A model generated the notes under the pieces. That model was given only the letters and a program-made list of their open reading frames with translations, was not told where the DNA came from and made no database searches. Below are positions 13,595-26,630 of a stretch of 64,000 nt of DNA, one piece after another. The stretch comes from Mobula hypostoma. Taxonomy: Eukaryota. The stretch lies in NCBI RefSeq assembly GCF_963921235.1, contig NC_086108.1, positions 27,530,001 to 27,594,000 of the forward strand, read 5' to 3'. Every line of letters begins with the position of its first letter. The stretch's first letter is position 1. The translations under genes and the position numbers were made by a program.

Positions 13595-13945
13595 GTATTT
13601 CTCGTGCACTGCAATTGTGTGAATGATCTTCAAATTATCACAAAGTCTTCATTATCTCCAATGTCCACCACTTTCACCCTCCTCCTGATTGAAAGGTTGG
13701 TTGAAGTTGCTAAAAGCCTTCTGATATATTGATGGTTACAGAAGACTTGGTTGAAGGCAGCACAATATTATTAGTGTTATAGAGTCAAAAAGACTCTGAG
13801 TTACACAGTGTGAAAACAGGTCTATTGGCTCAACTGGCCCAGGCCAGTCAAGATTCCCATCTAAGCTGGTCTCATTTGCACAAGGATGTTTATCCCATAT
13901 CCTTCTGAACCTCTTAGATCCATTTTCTTGTCCAAGCGTATTTAA

Positions 13946-14207
13946 GGTCCTTGCTAGCGTGTCACACCAGACAGTCAGCCATTCTTGTCTGGCACGTGGT
14001 GTCAGGATTGGTCCCCTTTCAGATTAACCGGGTCACGATATGAACGTTCCTGACTTGACCCTTGTTTTTCACGAGGCCGAGTGGCTAGCTTGACGCTCAA
14101 CCCGGCACGGATGGAAAGCATGCTCAGGGGGTGGCCCGACTTGGACTCGAACTCCGGAGTCTTCGCTCTGAAGTCTGGCGTTGATGCCACCGCACCACCA
14201 GCCGGCC
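13946..14207 (-). mobile_element. tRNA-derived SINE with Vingi-like 3' tail
   Basis: Minus head ggccggctggtggtgcggtggc..ggagttcgagtcc (A/B-box-like); tail matches 5519-5548; approximate flanking duplication cgt(a/c)tttaa. Confidence 0.65.
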
Positions 14208-14419
14208 GTCTTTAAAGTGTTGTGAACATACCTGCTTCAACCACTTCCTCTGGCAGCTCATTTCATATGTAGTCCACCCTCTGTGTGAAGTATTTACCCA
14301 GCAGGTTTCTATTAAATTACTCTCCTCTCACCCTAAACCTGTGCTTTCTAGTCATTGATTTCCCCAACCCTAGGAAAAAATTATATATGCATTCTTTCTA
14401 TCTATGTACCTCATGACTT

Positions 14420-14646
14420 TACAGGGGTGATTGATAAGTTCGTGGCCTAAGGTAGAAGGAGATGAGTTATACAGCTCTCGTTACATGCACGTGCAGTTCA
14501 ACTCTTTGAGTGATTATGCAGAAAGTTTGAAGTTAATAACTCATCAAGGGTGATTGGTAAGTCCATGGCCCAAGGTAGAAGGAGATAAGTTATTAACTTC
14601 AAACTTTCTGCGTAATCACTCAAAGAGTTGAACTGCGTGTGCATGT
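14420..14646. repeat. Mariner-TIR-derived tandem/inverted repeat
   Basis: Unit ggggtgattgataagttcgtggcctaaggtagaaggag at 14424 and 14547; 14483-14545 is inverted at 14584-14646; same unit at 28812-29150. Confidence 0.65.
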
Positions 14647-14689
14647 GCATGCAGGTAAACAATTTCCCTGAACAGGAATGGACTTTGAT

Positions 14690-16810
14690 TGGTAGGTTCA
14701 AAGGAAAAGGTTAGTCAGGAGAAAATGTAGACCTGTAGCAAACAGAAACAAGAGAATTTATCATAGGAAATGAGGAGATATCAGGGGAATTAAACAATTA
14801 CTTTGAATTCTTGAAACCAGCCTGAAATGTAGATAATCAAGAGTCTACAGAGAACAGGAATTGAAGGAAATAAATATTACTCAAATAAAGTCTTGAGCAA
14901 TTAGTGAGCTTCAAAGCTGATAAATCCCAAGGATCTATATCTCAGGGATTTGTGAGAGATGGCTTTAGTGATAATGGAAATTCTGATTGTCATCTCCTGT
15001 GGTTCTATAGATTCTGGAATTATTCTTGTGGATTAGAAGTAACACCTTAAATAGTGAGTCAACTGTTTAAGAAAGGAAGCAGAGAAAAAACAGGAAGGTA
15101 TTGACCTATTTATAGAGTAAGTGATGAAATTCACAATGAAAGCTAGAATAATAGAACATTTTGAAAATAATAACTGCATTGTACAGAATCAACATGTATT
15201 TATAAGAGATAATTGTGTTTTGTGGAGTTCTATGTGAATGCAGCTAATAACTAAGAGGGAACTAGTACATACGGTGTATTTGAATTTCTGGAAAGCTTTC
15301 AATAATGTCTCACATGGGAAGCTGATCAACACGACACAAGGGATTGGAGATAACACACTTCTTTAGATTGGGAATTGGTTGTTGGCAGAGGACCAAGGGA
15401 GGGATAAACCTATCCCGCTCAGCTTGGCAGACTGTGATTAACAGGGTATCACAGAGATCACTGTTGGGGTCGTAGCTTTTCACAATCTGGATTGGTGATC
15501 TAGTTGAAGGGACACAATGTCACATTTCTGAGTTTGATGACCATATTAAGTTAGCTGAGAATGAGTACAGAGGAGGTGTTATGGACAAGATTAATGCGGG
15601 GGGGGGGGCAGGGTGAAAAACATGGTAAATGTAAAATAATTTGGAAAATATGATGTTGCCAAAGCAGGAAGACAGTATATATTAAATGGTAAATTGGTTT
15701 ATTGTTACATCTACTGAGGTACAGTGAACATGCTTTACATGCCATCCATAAAGATAATTTCATTACAAGTGTATGAGGTAGTATAAGGAAAAACAATATT
15801 AGGATGGAGAATTAAGTGTTGATTACAGAACATGCAGTGCAGGCAGACAGTAAAGTGCAAAACCTTAAAGAGATCGATCGTGAGTCAGGGGTCCACCTTA
15901 TTGTATTATGGAAGCATTAAATAGTCTTGGAATAGTGGGATAGAATCTGTCTTTGAGCCTGGTGGTACGTGCTTTCAGCCTTTTGTGCCTTCTGCCTGAT
16001 TGGGATTGGGGGTGGAGAAGAGAGAATGTCCAGGGTGGAAGGGGTCTTTAGTTATACTAGCTCCATTGTTGAAGTACCACGTCGTAGTCAGAGTTCACAG
16101 TTTCCATTATGTGCTTAGCTGTGTCCACAACTCTCTGCAGGGTTTGCGGTCTCAGGCAGAGGAGCTGTGATGCATCCAGATAGGATGCCTTCAATGATGA
16201 GCAGTCGGTTGATGTTGGCATTCAAGGGGACCTAGCTGGCCTGTACACAAGCCACTGAAGGCCAGTATACAAGTGATATAGGCGAATGAGAGGAAAAATG
16301 ATATGTTAACCTTCACAATGAGAGTAAGGATGTCTCACGTTAAAGTTCCTTGTTGAAACTACACCGAGTATTGTGTGCAATTTTGATCTAAGAAAGGATG
16401 TACTTGCCATCGAGGAGGTGAAATGAAGATTCATTAGATTGGTTCCAAGGATAGCAGATTCACAGCGTGAAGAGGAATTGAATAAACAGGGATCAAAAGG
16501 TTAGAAGAGTGAAAGGGGATCTCATCGAAATTTACCAATTGTGTACAACATGTGTCAGGCTCGATGCAGGGAAGGTACTTCCCCTAACTAAGGATGATAC
16601 TTGAGAGTGAGGTGTCCACTGTTCAGCAATGAGATGAAGAATAACCTATTTATTTATTTAAAGGTTGATGAAACTTTGGAGATTTCCCTTCATTCACTAA
16701 ATTCATTCAAACAGAAGTTGATAGATTTCTGGATACTGAGGTAATTGTGTAGTATAAGTGCTGGTAAAAGGAGGCAGAGGTAAGAGATCAGCTTGGATCT
16801 GGTTGAATGG
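14690..16810 (+). mobile_element. Old, degenerate CR1 LINE ORF2, interrupted by a minus-strand Rex1-like 3' fragment (~15705-16200)
   Basis: Remnants of DKSQG, LFKKG, VYL.F.KAF, FDD, YCVQF and SLE..KGDLIE motifs with many stops. Confidence 0.65.
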
Positions 16811-17289
16811 TGGAGGACATTTGAAGGGCTCATTGAAATTTGCCAAATGTTTACAAGAAGTTTCAGGCTGGATGCAGGGAAGGTATTTCCCCTGACTCAG
16901 AGTGGTCTTTTTGTGTTCTTATCTCTTTTCTTTCCCAAGGCTCATACATCAGGGTCATACTATGAAAGTGAAGCACCAACAAAGGTGCCATTGTTTACGA
17001 GATCTATGGACCAGTCCAGCCTATCAGCCTATCAGATGATTCAAAAAGAAACTGTAGAGAGAAGTTTTTCATGGTGTCTTCTCTAACGTTTATCCTTCAT
17101 GCAATATCACTATAACACATGTATCTTAAAATTTCACTATATATGCAACATCTATTAAAAAACTGTCACTAAAGAAAACCGAATACTTTTGGGTCATGTG
17201 ATGTGAACTCTGCATGTCTGTGATGCCTGAAAAATTCAGAGTGACTGTGATTCTACATCATGCAAAGGTTCATTTATTATTCCGACTGT

Positions 17290-19043
17290 CCAATCAGCGG
17301 CACGAGCAGACCACAGCGACGAGGTTTCTCGCAGGACGGCGATGCTTGTTTGAGAGGAGAGTTTCGTGGGTGTTCGGGCTCATTCTGATGGTCCGACCAG
17401 CGACAGGAGCAGGCCACTGTGACAAGGTTTCTCGCAGGTCGGTGACGCTTGTTTAAAAGTACAGAAGAGACGGCCATTGTTGGGAGTGGGCCAGTAGTGA
17501 GAGTAGGAATGTCAGGCTTTGGCTCAAAGGAGACTTCAGCTTGAAAGAAGTGTTGGCTCTAACTAAGCTTTTGTTAACTTTCCCTCTGTTTTCTCTGATT
17601 ATACAGTATAGTAAATGGCTGTTGTGTGCTCTTCATGCTGAATGCTGGAGCCCTAGGAGATCCAGAGCCTCCCAGGGAGCAACATCTGTGTGAGGTGCAT
17701 CCAGCTGCAGCTCCTTGAAGACTGTGTTAGGAATCTGGAGCAACAGCTGGATGACCTTCAGCTTGTATGGGAGAGTGAGGAGATTAACTGATCAGAGTTA
17801 CAGGGAAGTAGTCACCCCAAAGGTGCAGGAGGCGAGTAGCTGGGTGACTGTCAGGAGAAATGGAAAAGTGAATAGGCAGTTAGCACACAGCACCCCAGTG
17901 GCCATTCCCTCAATAATAAGCATACCATTTTGGACACTCTTGTGGGAGTCAACCTCCCAGGGGAATGCCAGGAAGACTGGGTTATGGGCACTGAACATAG
18001 GTCCATGGTGCAGAAGGGAAAGAGGGAGAAGAGCGGAGCAGTAGTGATAAGGGACTCAATAGCTAGGGGAATTGACAGAAGATTCTGTGGACATGAACAG
18101 GACACTCAAATGGTATGTTGCCTCCTAGGTGCCAAGGTCAGGATCACATCCACAATATTTTGGAGAGGGAGGGAGAGCAGCCAAATGTCTTAGTACATAT
18201 TGGTACCAATGACATAGGAAGGAAAAGTAAAGAGGTCATGAAGAGAGAATTTAGAGAACTAGGTAGAAAACTGAGAAGCAGGACCTCCTGGGTAGTAATT
18301 TCTGGATTGCTGCCTGTGCCATGTGCCAGAATGATTTGGCAGCTAAATGCGTGGCTAAGAAGCTGGTGCAGGGAGCATGGCTTCAAGTTTCTTGCATGAT
18401 TAGGATCTCTTCTGGTGGAGGAACAATCTGTTCAAGAGTGTTGGGTTGCATGTGAACCCAAGGGGAACCAATATTCTTGCAGGCAGGTTTGGTAGAGCTG
18501 TTGGGAAGGGTTTAAGCTAATTTGGCAGGAGCATAGGAACCAGAATGAAGGGACTCAGGATTTCACGGATGGTAAAAAGGCAAAAATAGCATGCAGTCAG
18601 ACTGTCAGGAAGGGCAGGCAGATGACAGGACAAAATTGCAGCCAGTAGGGCAAGCATCAGTGCATTAGGGATGCAGAATTAAAAAGGGTAGCAAATCCAC
18701 CACTCGAAGTGTGATATCTCAATGCACGGGGGTAAGAAATAAAGTGGATGGTCTTGTTGCACTATTACAGATTGTCAGGTATGATATTGTGACCATTACT
18801 GAATCGTGGCTGAAGGATGGTTGTAGTTAGGAGCTGAATGTCCAAGGTTACACGTTATATCAGAGGGATAGGAAGGTAGGCAGAGGGGGTGGTGTGGCTC
18901 TGCTCGTAAAGAATGGCAGCAAATCAGTAGTAGATGTGGCATAGGATCGGAAAATATTGAATCCTTGTGGGTTGAGTTAAGAAACTGTAAAGGTAAAAGG
19001 ACCCTAAAGGCAGTTGCTTACAGGCCTCCCAACAGTAGCTGGG
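17290..19043 (+). mobile_element. CR1 LINE 5' portion: 5' UTR, ORF1 (Zn-finger + SGNH-esterase-like) and start of APE endonuclease; pseudogenised
   Basis: AVVIRDSIARG..VCCL.GA.V, LVHIGTNDIG, VVISGLLPVP (CR1 ORF1 esterase); ITESWL, YQRDR..GRGGGVAL, WVELRN..VAYRPPNS (APE). Confidence 0.85.
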
Positions 19044-19372
19044 TCCGCCTCAATGGTGCAAACTTCCTCATTGCATTAATCGGCAAAATGGAGCTGATCA
19101 TCAGCTCACATCGTGTTTCAAAGTTTCTTTGCCTCGAAGGTTCGAGCTGGAGCTGGAGCTGGAGCTCGCTTCCCAGAAACTTCTTGGAGACAAAAAAGCA
19201 CAAGATCACTCAATTGATCTTCAAACTGTAAGGCGCAGGCTCTAATAGTTTCAGAAACACATTTCAGATGAAAACCAGAAGTAAAAGAAGTGAAATAAAT
19301 AGTTTTGTGGTCTATCCAGCAGATGCCGCCCAAGGGAACGATATACACAGACGCCATCTTAGCCTCCTGACT
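19044..19372 (-). mobile_element. Repeat 5' end beginning aggctaagatggcg (LINE-5'UTR-like)
   Basis: gacgccatcttagcctcctgac at the right end; AAGATGGCG (YY1-like) start as seen near 38445. Confidence 0.35.
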
Positions 19373-19419
19373 GCAAAGATAACCTAACCCAATGCTCAAG
19401 AATGGAAAAACACACAAAA

Positions 19420-19960
19420 CATGGTGGATTAGCCCATTCCGTCACAAACAATCCTCCTTGTGGCAGCACTCCTTGTAGATGTTAAGCACATCTACAAGGA
19501 GTGCTGCCACAAGAAAGCAACATCCATCATCAAGGACCACCACCATGCAGCCTATACCCTCTTCTTGCTTTTCCCATCAGGAAGGAGGTACAGGAGCCGT
19601 AGGTCCCACATGATCAGGTTCAGGAACACTTATTACCCTTCAAACATCAGGCTCCCGAACCATCGTTGATAACTTCACTCACCTCCGCTCTGAACTGATT
19701 CCACAATGTGTGGACTAACCTGAAAGCACTCCACAACTCATATTCTCATATTTATTTGCCCATTTATTTTAAATTTGCATAGTTTTGTTTTCTTTTGCAA
19801 ATTGATGGTTTGCAGTCTTGGCGTGTAGCTTTTCATTGACTTATTGTATTCCTTTGTTCGACTGTGAATCTCTGAAAGCAATTGAATCTCAAGGTAGTAT
19901 ATGATAGTGCATACATATATTGAAATGTACTTTTAAAATAAATTTACTTTGAACTTTGAA
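19420..19960 (+). mobile_element. Rex1/Babar-like LINE 3' fragment
   Basis: KKATSIIKDHHH..LFLLFPSGRRYRS..RFRNTYYP; tail aaatttactttgaactttgaa. Confidence 0.7.
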
Positions 19961-20354
19961 CCCTTGACCACAGCTCGATTGCTGAGCCAAGCTTCACCCT
20001 CTCAGATTTAGATCACAAACTGCTCAATAACCATCTTCCTTGGTCCTTCTACCAAGCTCCTATAGGTATAATCTTCTACTCAGCTGCATCATTTTCTGGT
20101 TCTGTTTCAGGTTTGAATTTTGCAGCTAAATATTAATCTCTTAAAACAGTTCAATAGAATTGTTGAAATTTGATAAAAATTAAAAGCACCAAAAACATCT
20201 TCAGTTTAAGTGCTGAGTGTTTTTTCTTTATATAAACTTTGCTTCAGGCAGCCAAAGGCATTAATGTGTGAAAGCAAACCAGTGAGCAACTTCCTCTCAC
20301 AACCTCTTTCAGAGTCTTCATCCTGAATGACATGACTTGTTTTCCTGTCAACAG

Positions 20355-20391
20355 GCTGACAAAATGCCTCACAGAATGAGTGGTATTCCAG
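20355..20391 (+). other. Candidate 37-bp host exon (ATG at 20364: MPHRMSGIP...)
   Basis: Acceptor ttgttttcctgtcaacAG and donor CAG|GTAATT; only one frame is open; no homology recognised. Confidence 0.2.
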
Positions 20392-22114
20392 GTAATTGAC
20401 TTTTGTCATAATAATAGTTGTAATAAATACCGACATTTAGATTGTAGCATGGAACTCAATGACATTACCCACTGCTGTATTTTATACATGTTTAAATCAG
20501 AATGTTCAAACAAATTAAATACTGGCTGAGTTCAATAAGGCAAGGAGCAGGAAGAAGAACTTTATTCATTCAGAGAGTGTTTACAATCTGAAACACTTTG
20601 CCTGAGGGATTGGTGGAAGCAGAAGCTCTCACAACATTTGAATGATCGCGGATGTCCTTTGAAGTCCATGTATTAAGTTCTACTGTATGGGCAGGACAAG
20701 AGAAAATCAACATACACAAAATGCTGGAGGAACTCAGCAGGCCAGGCAGCATCTATGACAAAGAGTAAACAGTGGACATTTCTGGCTGAAACCCTTCACC
20801 AGGACTGACGAGTCTCAGCCCGAAACGTTGACTGCTTACTCTTTATCCTAAAGACTGTTGTAAAACTCTGTCAGAGATTTGTCTGTATGAGCTAGCTCTG
20901 AGGAAAATGCCCTGTTATGTATATTGTCATGTGCACACGCAAGGTGAGGTACAGTACAATGAAAAGTTTGCTTGTAATAGCATCACAGGTATGTAGGTAC
21001 AGACAACACACAAAACACAATATATAAATTATACAAGACAACATGGAAAAAGAGAAAAAAAAAGACTATCAAAATGGAGCGGCTGTTCAGAAATAAAGAT
21101 ACAATCAGATTCAAATTTGTGGTAGTGCAAGAGGTGGTCCATAGTGGTCTATTGTTGAGGTAGGAAAGGGGTTGTGTAAGTCAATTCAAGAACCTGATGA
21201 TTAGAGGAAAGTGGCTGTTCTTGAACCTGATGTGTGGGACTTGCCTGATCATAGCTAAAGGAGAGGGTTTCACCTGGATGGTGGGAATACTTTGATAAAT
21301 ATTGCCTTCTTGAGGCTGAAGCTCCTGTAGCCTCTGTCAATGATGGGGAGGACAGTGTCAGTGATGTAGTTGCACTCTGCAGTCTCTTGCATTCCTATGC
21401 ATTAGAACTGTTGTATTAGACCATGATGCAACCAGTCATGATTTCATCCATGTGTTGGACCCAGGGCAGGTCATCCAAGATATGAACAATAGTGCTTGTC
21501 CCCTGAGTCTTCTGTGAACTTATGCCTCTAATAAATTGAGAGAGGTAATCGGACAATGGATTACTGTTAGACAACAGTTAGCAGCTGTTAACACTAAGAC
21601 AATGACAACTTATTGTTATGTTTTGATATAACAAATGGCACTCATATGCTCACCTTACTCAGGGCAGTTTACAGTGGCCAAATAACCTACCAGCCCACAT
21701 GTCTCCCCTCATACCTTTGGGATGAGGAAGGAAGCCAGAATACTGAGAGGAAGTCCACACTGTCTCATAAAGTGTAAATACCATACAGACATCACCTGAG
21801 TTCAGGATTGAACCCAAGTTTTTACCAGCTGCTCTGCTGTATCACTTCATTGCACAGGCTATATGGACTACTTCATTTCTATGTCCAATGTTAATACATC
21901 CTAAGGCACTTCACAGGACTGCCATCAAACTGTTTTCAAACCAGATAGATAATGTTAGGTCAGTTAACTAAAATCTTGGTAAAGGCAACAAGCTTCAGGG
22001 AACATTTTCAAGAGGAAAGAAGTGGGGGATTTAGGAAATGGATTTGCGACAGCTCAAGTTTCAACTACCAATTCTGAAAATATTAAAACTAGGCATTCAC
22101 AAAAGACCAGAAGT

Positions 22115-22640
22115 GGAAGAGTACTTGCATCATACACCAGGATGCTCTCTTCAGTCATCTGATGATGTAACCATAGCCTTTGGCCAAGGGCAGATGTCGT
22201 CAGGTGGTGCCAAGCCTTCATCGAGTGTTCTAATCCTTAACCATCACACTCTTCAGCTGACAGGTCAGCAGTGGTGGGTAAGTCACTGTGCATCTGCTCC
22301 TGACTTCCACCTCAATTCCTATCACCTGCTTCATATCCAGAAGAGGCTCTTTCTGCTTCCTCCCCCATCCAACCATCTGCTTGGTTCTTGCTCTTTCCAT
22401 CAAGGCCCAGCGCAGACAGCAACTTCCACGCTGTCTCGGCAGCTGATCTCCAGGGGGAATAGCCACATCTGCCATCCTTTGTCCCTGCACTCCTGGACTA
22501 AAGACTGGTATTTTGGGACTTTCCTCTCGTGAGCCTCCTCGCATCCTTTCTCCCATGTTATTGTGAGCTCCACCAGGATGATTTTCTTGTCTTAGGATGA
22601 CCACAGTACGACGCCCAGAACCTGCAGCTTCCTCCCCATA
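22115..22640 (-). mobile_element. HERO-like (R2 group, restriction-like endonuclease) retrotransposon 3' fragment
   Basis: Manual minus translation VVLWSS*DKKIILVELTITWEKGCEEAHERKVPKYQSLVQECRDKGWQMWLFPLEISCR..WKLLSALGL..EEAERAS, the RLE-domain pattern. Confidence 0.7.
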
Positions 22641-23415
22641 TCAAGTTCAAGTTTAATTGTCATTCAATCATCCATGAATACAGCCACACAACAACGTTAC
22701 TCCGGGGCCAAGCTGCAAACAAAACACTGTACCAACAGTCACACACAGCACAAAGCACAAATAGCACACATAAGATAGCAAGCACATAAAATACATCAGT
22801 AAAATACAGTCACGCAATAAACAATATAGTCCAAGACCCTGAGTCCATGAATCTCTGACAGTAATCTTCAGTTGACCATAATACAGCTTGATTTCTGACT
22901 GAACACTGAGGAGCAGTACCAACTCCAACATGGATGCCGTGCCACTCCGCCTCCAGTGGAGCACATTGACTCCAACGCCTCTGTCCTGAGCCACTGGAAA
23001 CAGTTGACAACGTGGCCTGAGGCCTAATCCTCACTACGAGCAGCGCATGGAGCTCCCCCAGCTGTCCACCAATAAATCAGTGAACCCAACTTGTAGCATT
23101 CCACATTAACAATGTCCAGCAGGGTCTTGAGGTCACAAGGAAAGCAACTAAGGTGATTGCTCGTTGTTCGATTACACACTGCCTCATGCACTGACTCCTC
23201 TGCAGCAACTCTGATGCAAGCAGCAGCAAGATCCACACCAGGCCCAGCTCCTGCAGTTTCTCCACCAACGAGTAACTCGCTGATGGGGTAGATCTGCAGT
23301 ACTTCAAGTTCTTAATGTCCAGCAGGATCTTGGAGTCATGAAACTACATTTGAAAAGGACAAGAACACCTTTGGTGATCCATAGAAGCAGCTGCAATTGA
23401 ACACACCGCCATCTT
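22641..23415 (-). mobile_element. SINE-like non-autonomous repeat (family of 25225-25978)
   Basis: Shares LLDIVNVEC-encoding segment and the ttgaa..attaaacttgaacttga tail with 25225-25978. Confidence 0.6.
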
Positions 23416-25224
23416 ACCAGAAGGGTAGCTGGACTGAAGAGGAAGGGAGGTACATGGTAACAGAGGAATCTGAAAGTAAGACGAAGGATCTTCAATTTGT
23501 GACACTGCTGGAGTGAGTGGATTGAGGCGAGCAAACTCATGCGATGGATGAGCAAGATTTTTATGTCAGAATGGGTTTCAAGGCCAGAGTTTTGGATGTG
23601 TTTAAGTTTATGCAAGGTAGAGATGTAAGGATTGATAGATGTGTTGGAATACTTATGCATACAGATAGGAAATGCATGGATGAGTCAAACAACAATTAAT
23701 TTCCATCATAGCCAATGAACAGCTCTGGTTAATTCCACTGGAGATTTACCATGTCACTATAATTAGCCTTGTTATCATTAGGAATACCACAAACCACATA
23801 CTCCAGGACTAAGGTGATACAGCTCTTAGCTATGAATGGTTTATCACAGCATGAAGGAACTGAACTCCTGCTGTTTAAAAGTGCTAAATGACAAGAATGC
23901 AAATAGTAATAAAAAATCTGCAAGCTTTTGGGGTAGAATGTGTTCCCTCTCATCCCCTGCAGCTGGTGCTCTGGTCTGCAGAAGCACTGATGGGCTGTCA
24001 TTTGTCACTGAGTTTGGTATTAACTCAAATGTCTGTTCGACCTCTTGGTGACAATTTGTAACTCAAAGCCTTAATCTTACTCACTGGTTCTAATTTGTTG
24101 AAAGCAACTCTTCCCATTTCTATGCATTGGTGTCTTGCACGGAACAGATGACTCTGACTTTTAAGCATTCTTTTGAAGTGTCTGCAGAGCTCAAATGGCT
24201 GAAAATTTCTGATTCTATTATTGCTATAGTAATGGAAATAACACTTGAGTATGTTTTCACATCTATTTTTCTTCCCCCGCATATACACTCCCCCATATAC
24301 TCTGATATAAAATATTCTTTGCTTTTATCGAACAAAATCTTCCAGATGGTCACAAGTGCAAACAAATCTCATAGGGCGCAAATGATTAGTAGTTCCTCAG
24401 TATCGTGATGCCTCTAGCATTCCTTCCACTCCCGCCAATCGCGTTCACACCTTCCTGTCACCACCCACATGCCTGGTAGACATGTTATCTGGAGAAATCA
24501 TCAGGAACCATTATTCTTCAAGGAAGGGTAAAGCTAATTCTCGAGTAAGCTCCTCCAATGCTATAATATTGAATGGTTCAATGTAATATCTGAGAGCGTA
24601 TACAGTATACAACCTGAAATTTTTACTCCTCGCAGACATCCACGAAACAGAAAACAAAATCCCTAAGAATGAATGTCAGAAGCATCAGAACCCCCAGAGC
24701 ACCCCTCCACGCAGAAGCAGCCCTAAAAGCATCAAACCCCCTCCCCCCACCATGCAAGCAAAGAGACCTTGATCTCGTGTCCATCAAAAACTAGAGTCCA
24801 TCCCAAAGCTTCAGTATCCCAGACAGGCTCTCTCTCACTATTGTATTGCATTTTAGATGAAAAATTATCAAGTCACAGGATAAAAACAGTTGTAGAGGAC
24901 ATTTAGCAGATTTGAGATGAAATACTTCATATCTTCTGTCCCATCTTCCCTTTCGTCCACATCTTGGCATCTACCCTTATAAATGATCCCAAGTTTTTGG
25001 GTTCATTACTCTGCTGATAACTAAATCCCATGCAAATTATCAGTGTGTGTATATTGCTGTTCCTATTTGCCTCTCAAAGTATGTCTTTGTTTCCTGTTTT
25101 CAACTCTCATACTTGGAAGTAGTGCTCCTGAGCTAAATTTTCCATGTCATGTAAGCTACGGCAAGATGCCCTCTACATTATCTTCTAAGAAACATTGTCA
25201 AATGTCATACTAAGGAGCAACTTC

Positions 25225-25978
25225 TTCTGGGTAGGATAGTGGTGCTCTCGAATGCAGTGGCTTCTACAGGGCCAATCAAAGGTGTCATTGTCTTTTAAAA
25301 ATATATTTTTTACAATCACAAGAGCCTTCTGGACATTAAGAACTTAATGTTCTGCGGGTCTACCTCATCAACAAACTGCTTGTTGGCAAAGAAACTGAAG
25401 GAGCTAGACTTGATGCAGATTGTGCTGCTGCCTGCATTGGAGAGCTGGAGTTGGTACACGAAGGAGCTGTGCAGTCCAACAATGATTACAAGAACCTATT
25501 GGACATTGTTAATGTGGAATGCTGCAAGTCTGATGCACTGATTTGTTGGCAAACAGTGGGGGCACACCGCGGGAGAGCTGTGTGGACTCGGTCATGGCCA
25601 GGTCTAGGCCTCAAGTCACGGTGTTGCATGTTTGTAGCCACCCGGGGGGGAGGGCTGGTAGGCATTGGAGCTGGTGTGCTCTACTGGAAGGCAATGTGGC
25701 ACAGTGTCCATTTTGGAGTTAGGGCTCACTCGGCAGAAGACAAGATGTTTTGTGTTCAACAGCAGATTGCTACAGCATTCATGGACTCGGGGACCTGGTA
25801 TATTCTTTTGTGTGACTGTTTTTTACTGCTGTCTTATACGTGCTACGTATGCAATGTGCCGTGTTTAATGTTGGGGCTGTATTTTGCACCTTAACCTCAG
25901 AGTAATGTTGTTTCGTTTGGCTGTATTCATGGTTATTCATGTATGGTTGAATTACAATTAAACTAGAACTTGAACTTA
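25225..25978 (+). mobile_element. SINE-like non-autonomous repeat
   Basis: Inverted homolog of 22641-23415; tail attaaactagaacttgaactt. Confidence 0.6.
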
Positions 25979-26630
25979 ATAGAATATCTTCTTCATGCCT
26001 CAGTAAAGAGACATATACTTGTGGGGCTAACTGGTGGGGAGGGTGAAGTGGCTTTCTGTGTGTAGATTAGTCATGATTCACCCTGTTTTACTCCATAATT
26101 TTGATCACTATCAGATACTTCTTAAAACCAGAGCTCAGCAGTTGCTTCAAAGCTAAATTATAAGCAGACACTAGGCTACAGGTTCTGGAACAAAAAACCA
26201 ACAATTTACTGGAGGAACTTCATGGGTCAAGCAGATTCAATGGAAGGAAAGGAATAGTCGACATTTTGGGCTGAACTTTGCCTTGAGTGGAGGAACAAGA
26301 TGGCCAATATAAAGAAGGGAAGGTGAGTGATGTGAAATGATTCCAAGGTAGTTGGAGGACTAAGGACCAGTGTGAGATCACACGCAGGTTATGCCAGATA
26401 AGCAAGGTGAGTGAGAGTAACTCTCCCTCCCTCCTCTTTTCTGACCAAATCATATCTCCACCTTCAGGCTTCAACCCCAAATGTTAACAATTCCTTTATT
26501 CCCACAGACGCTGCTTGACCAACTGAAGTCCTCCAGCAGAATGTTGCTCTGGATTCCAATAGCTGCAGTCTCTAGTGTCTCAAGTGATACAGGACATCAA
26601 CTTTACATGTTAATCATTGTTCCCTAAAGG

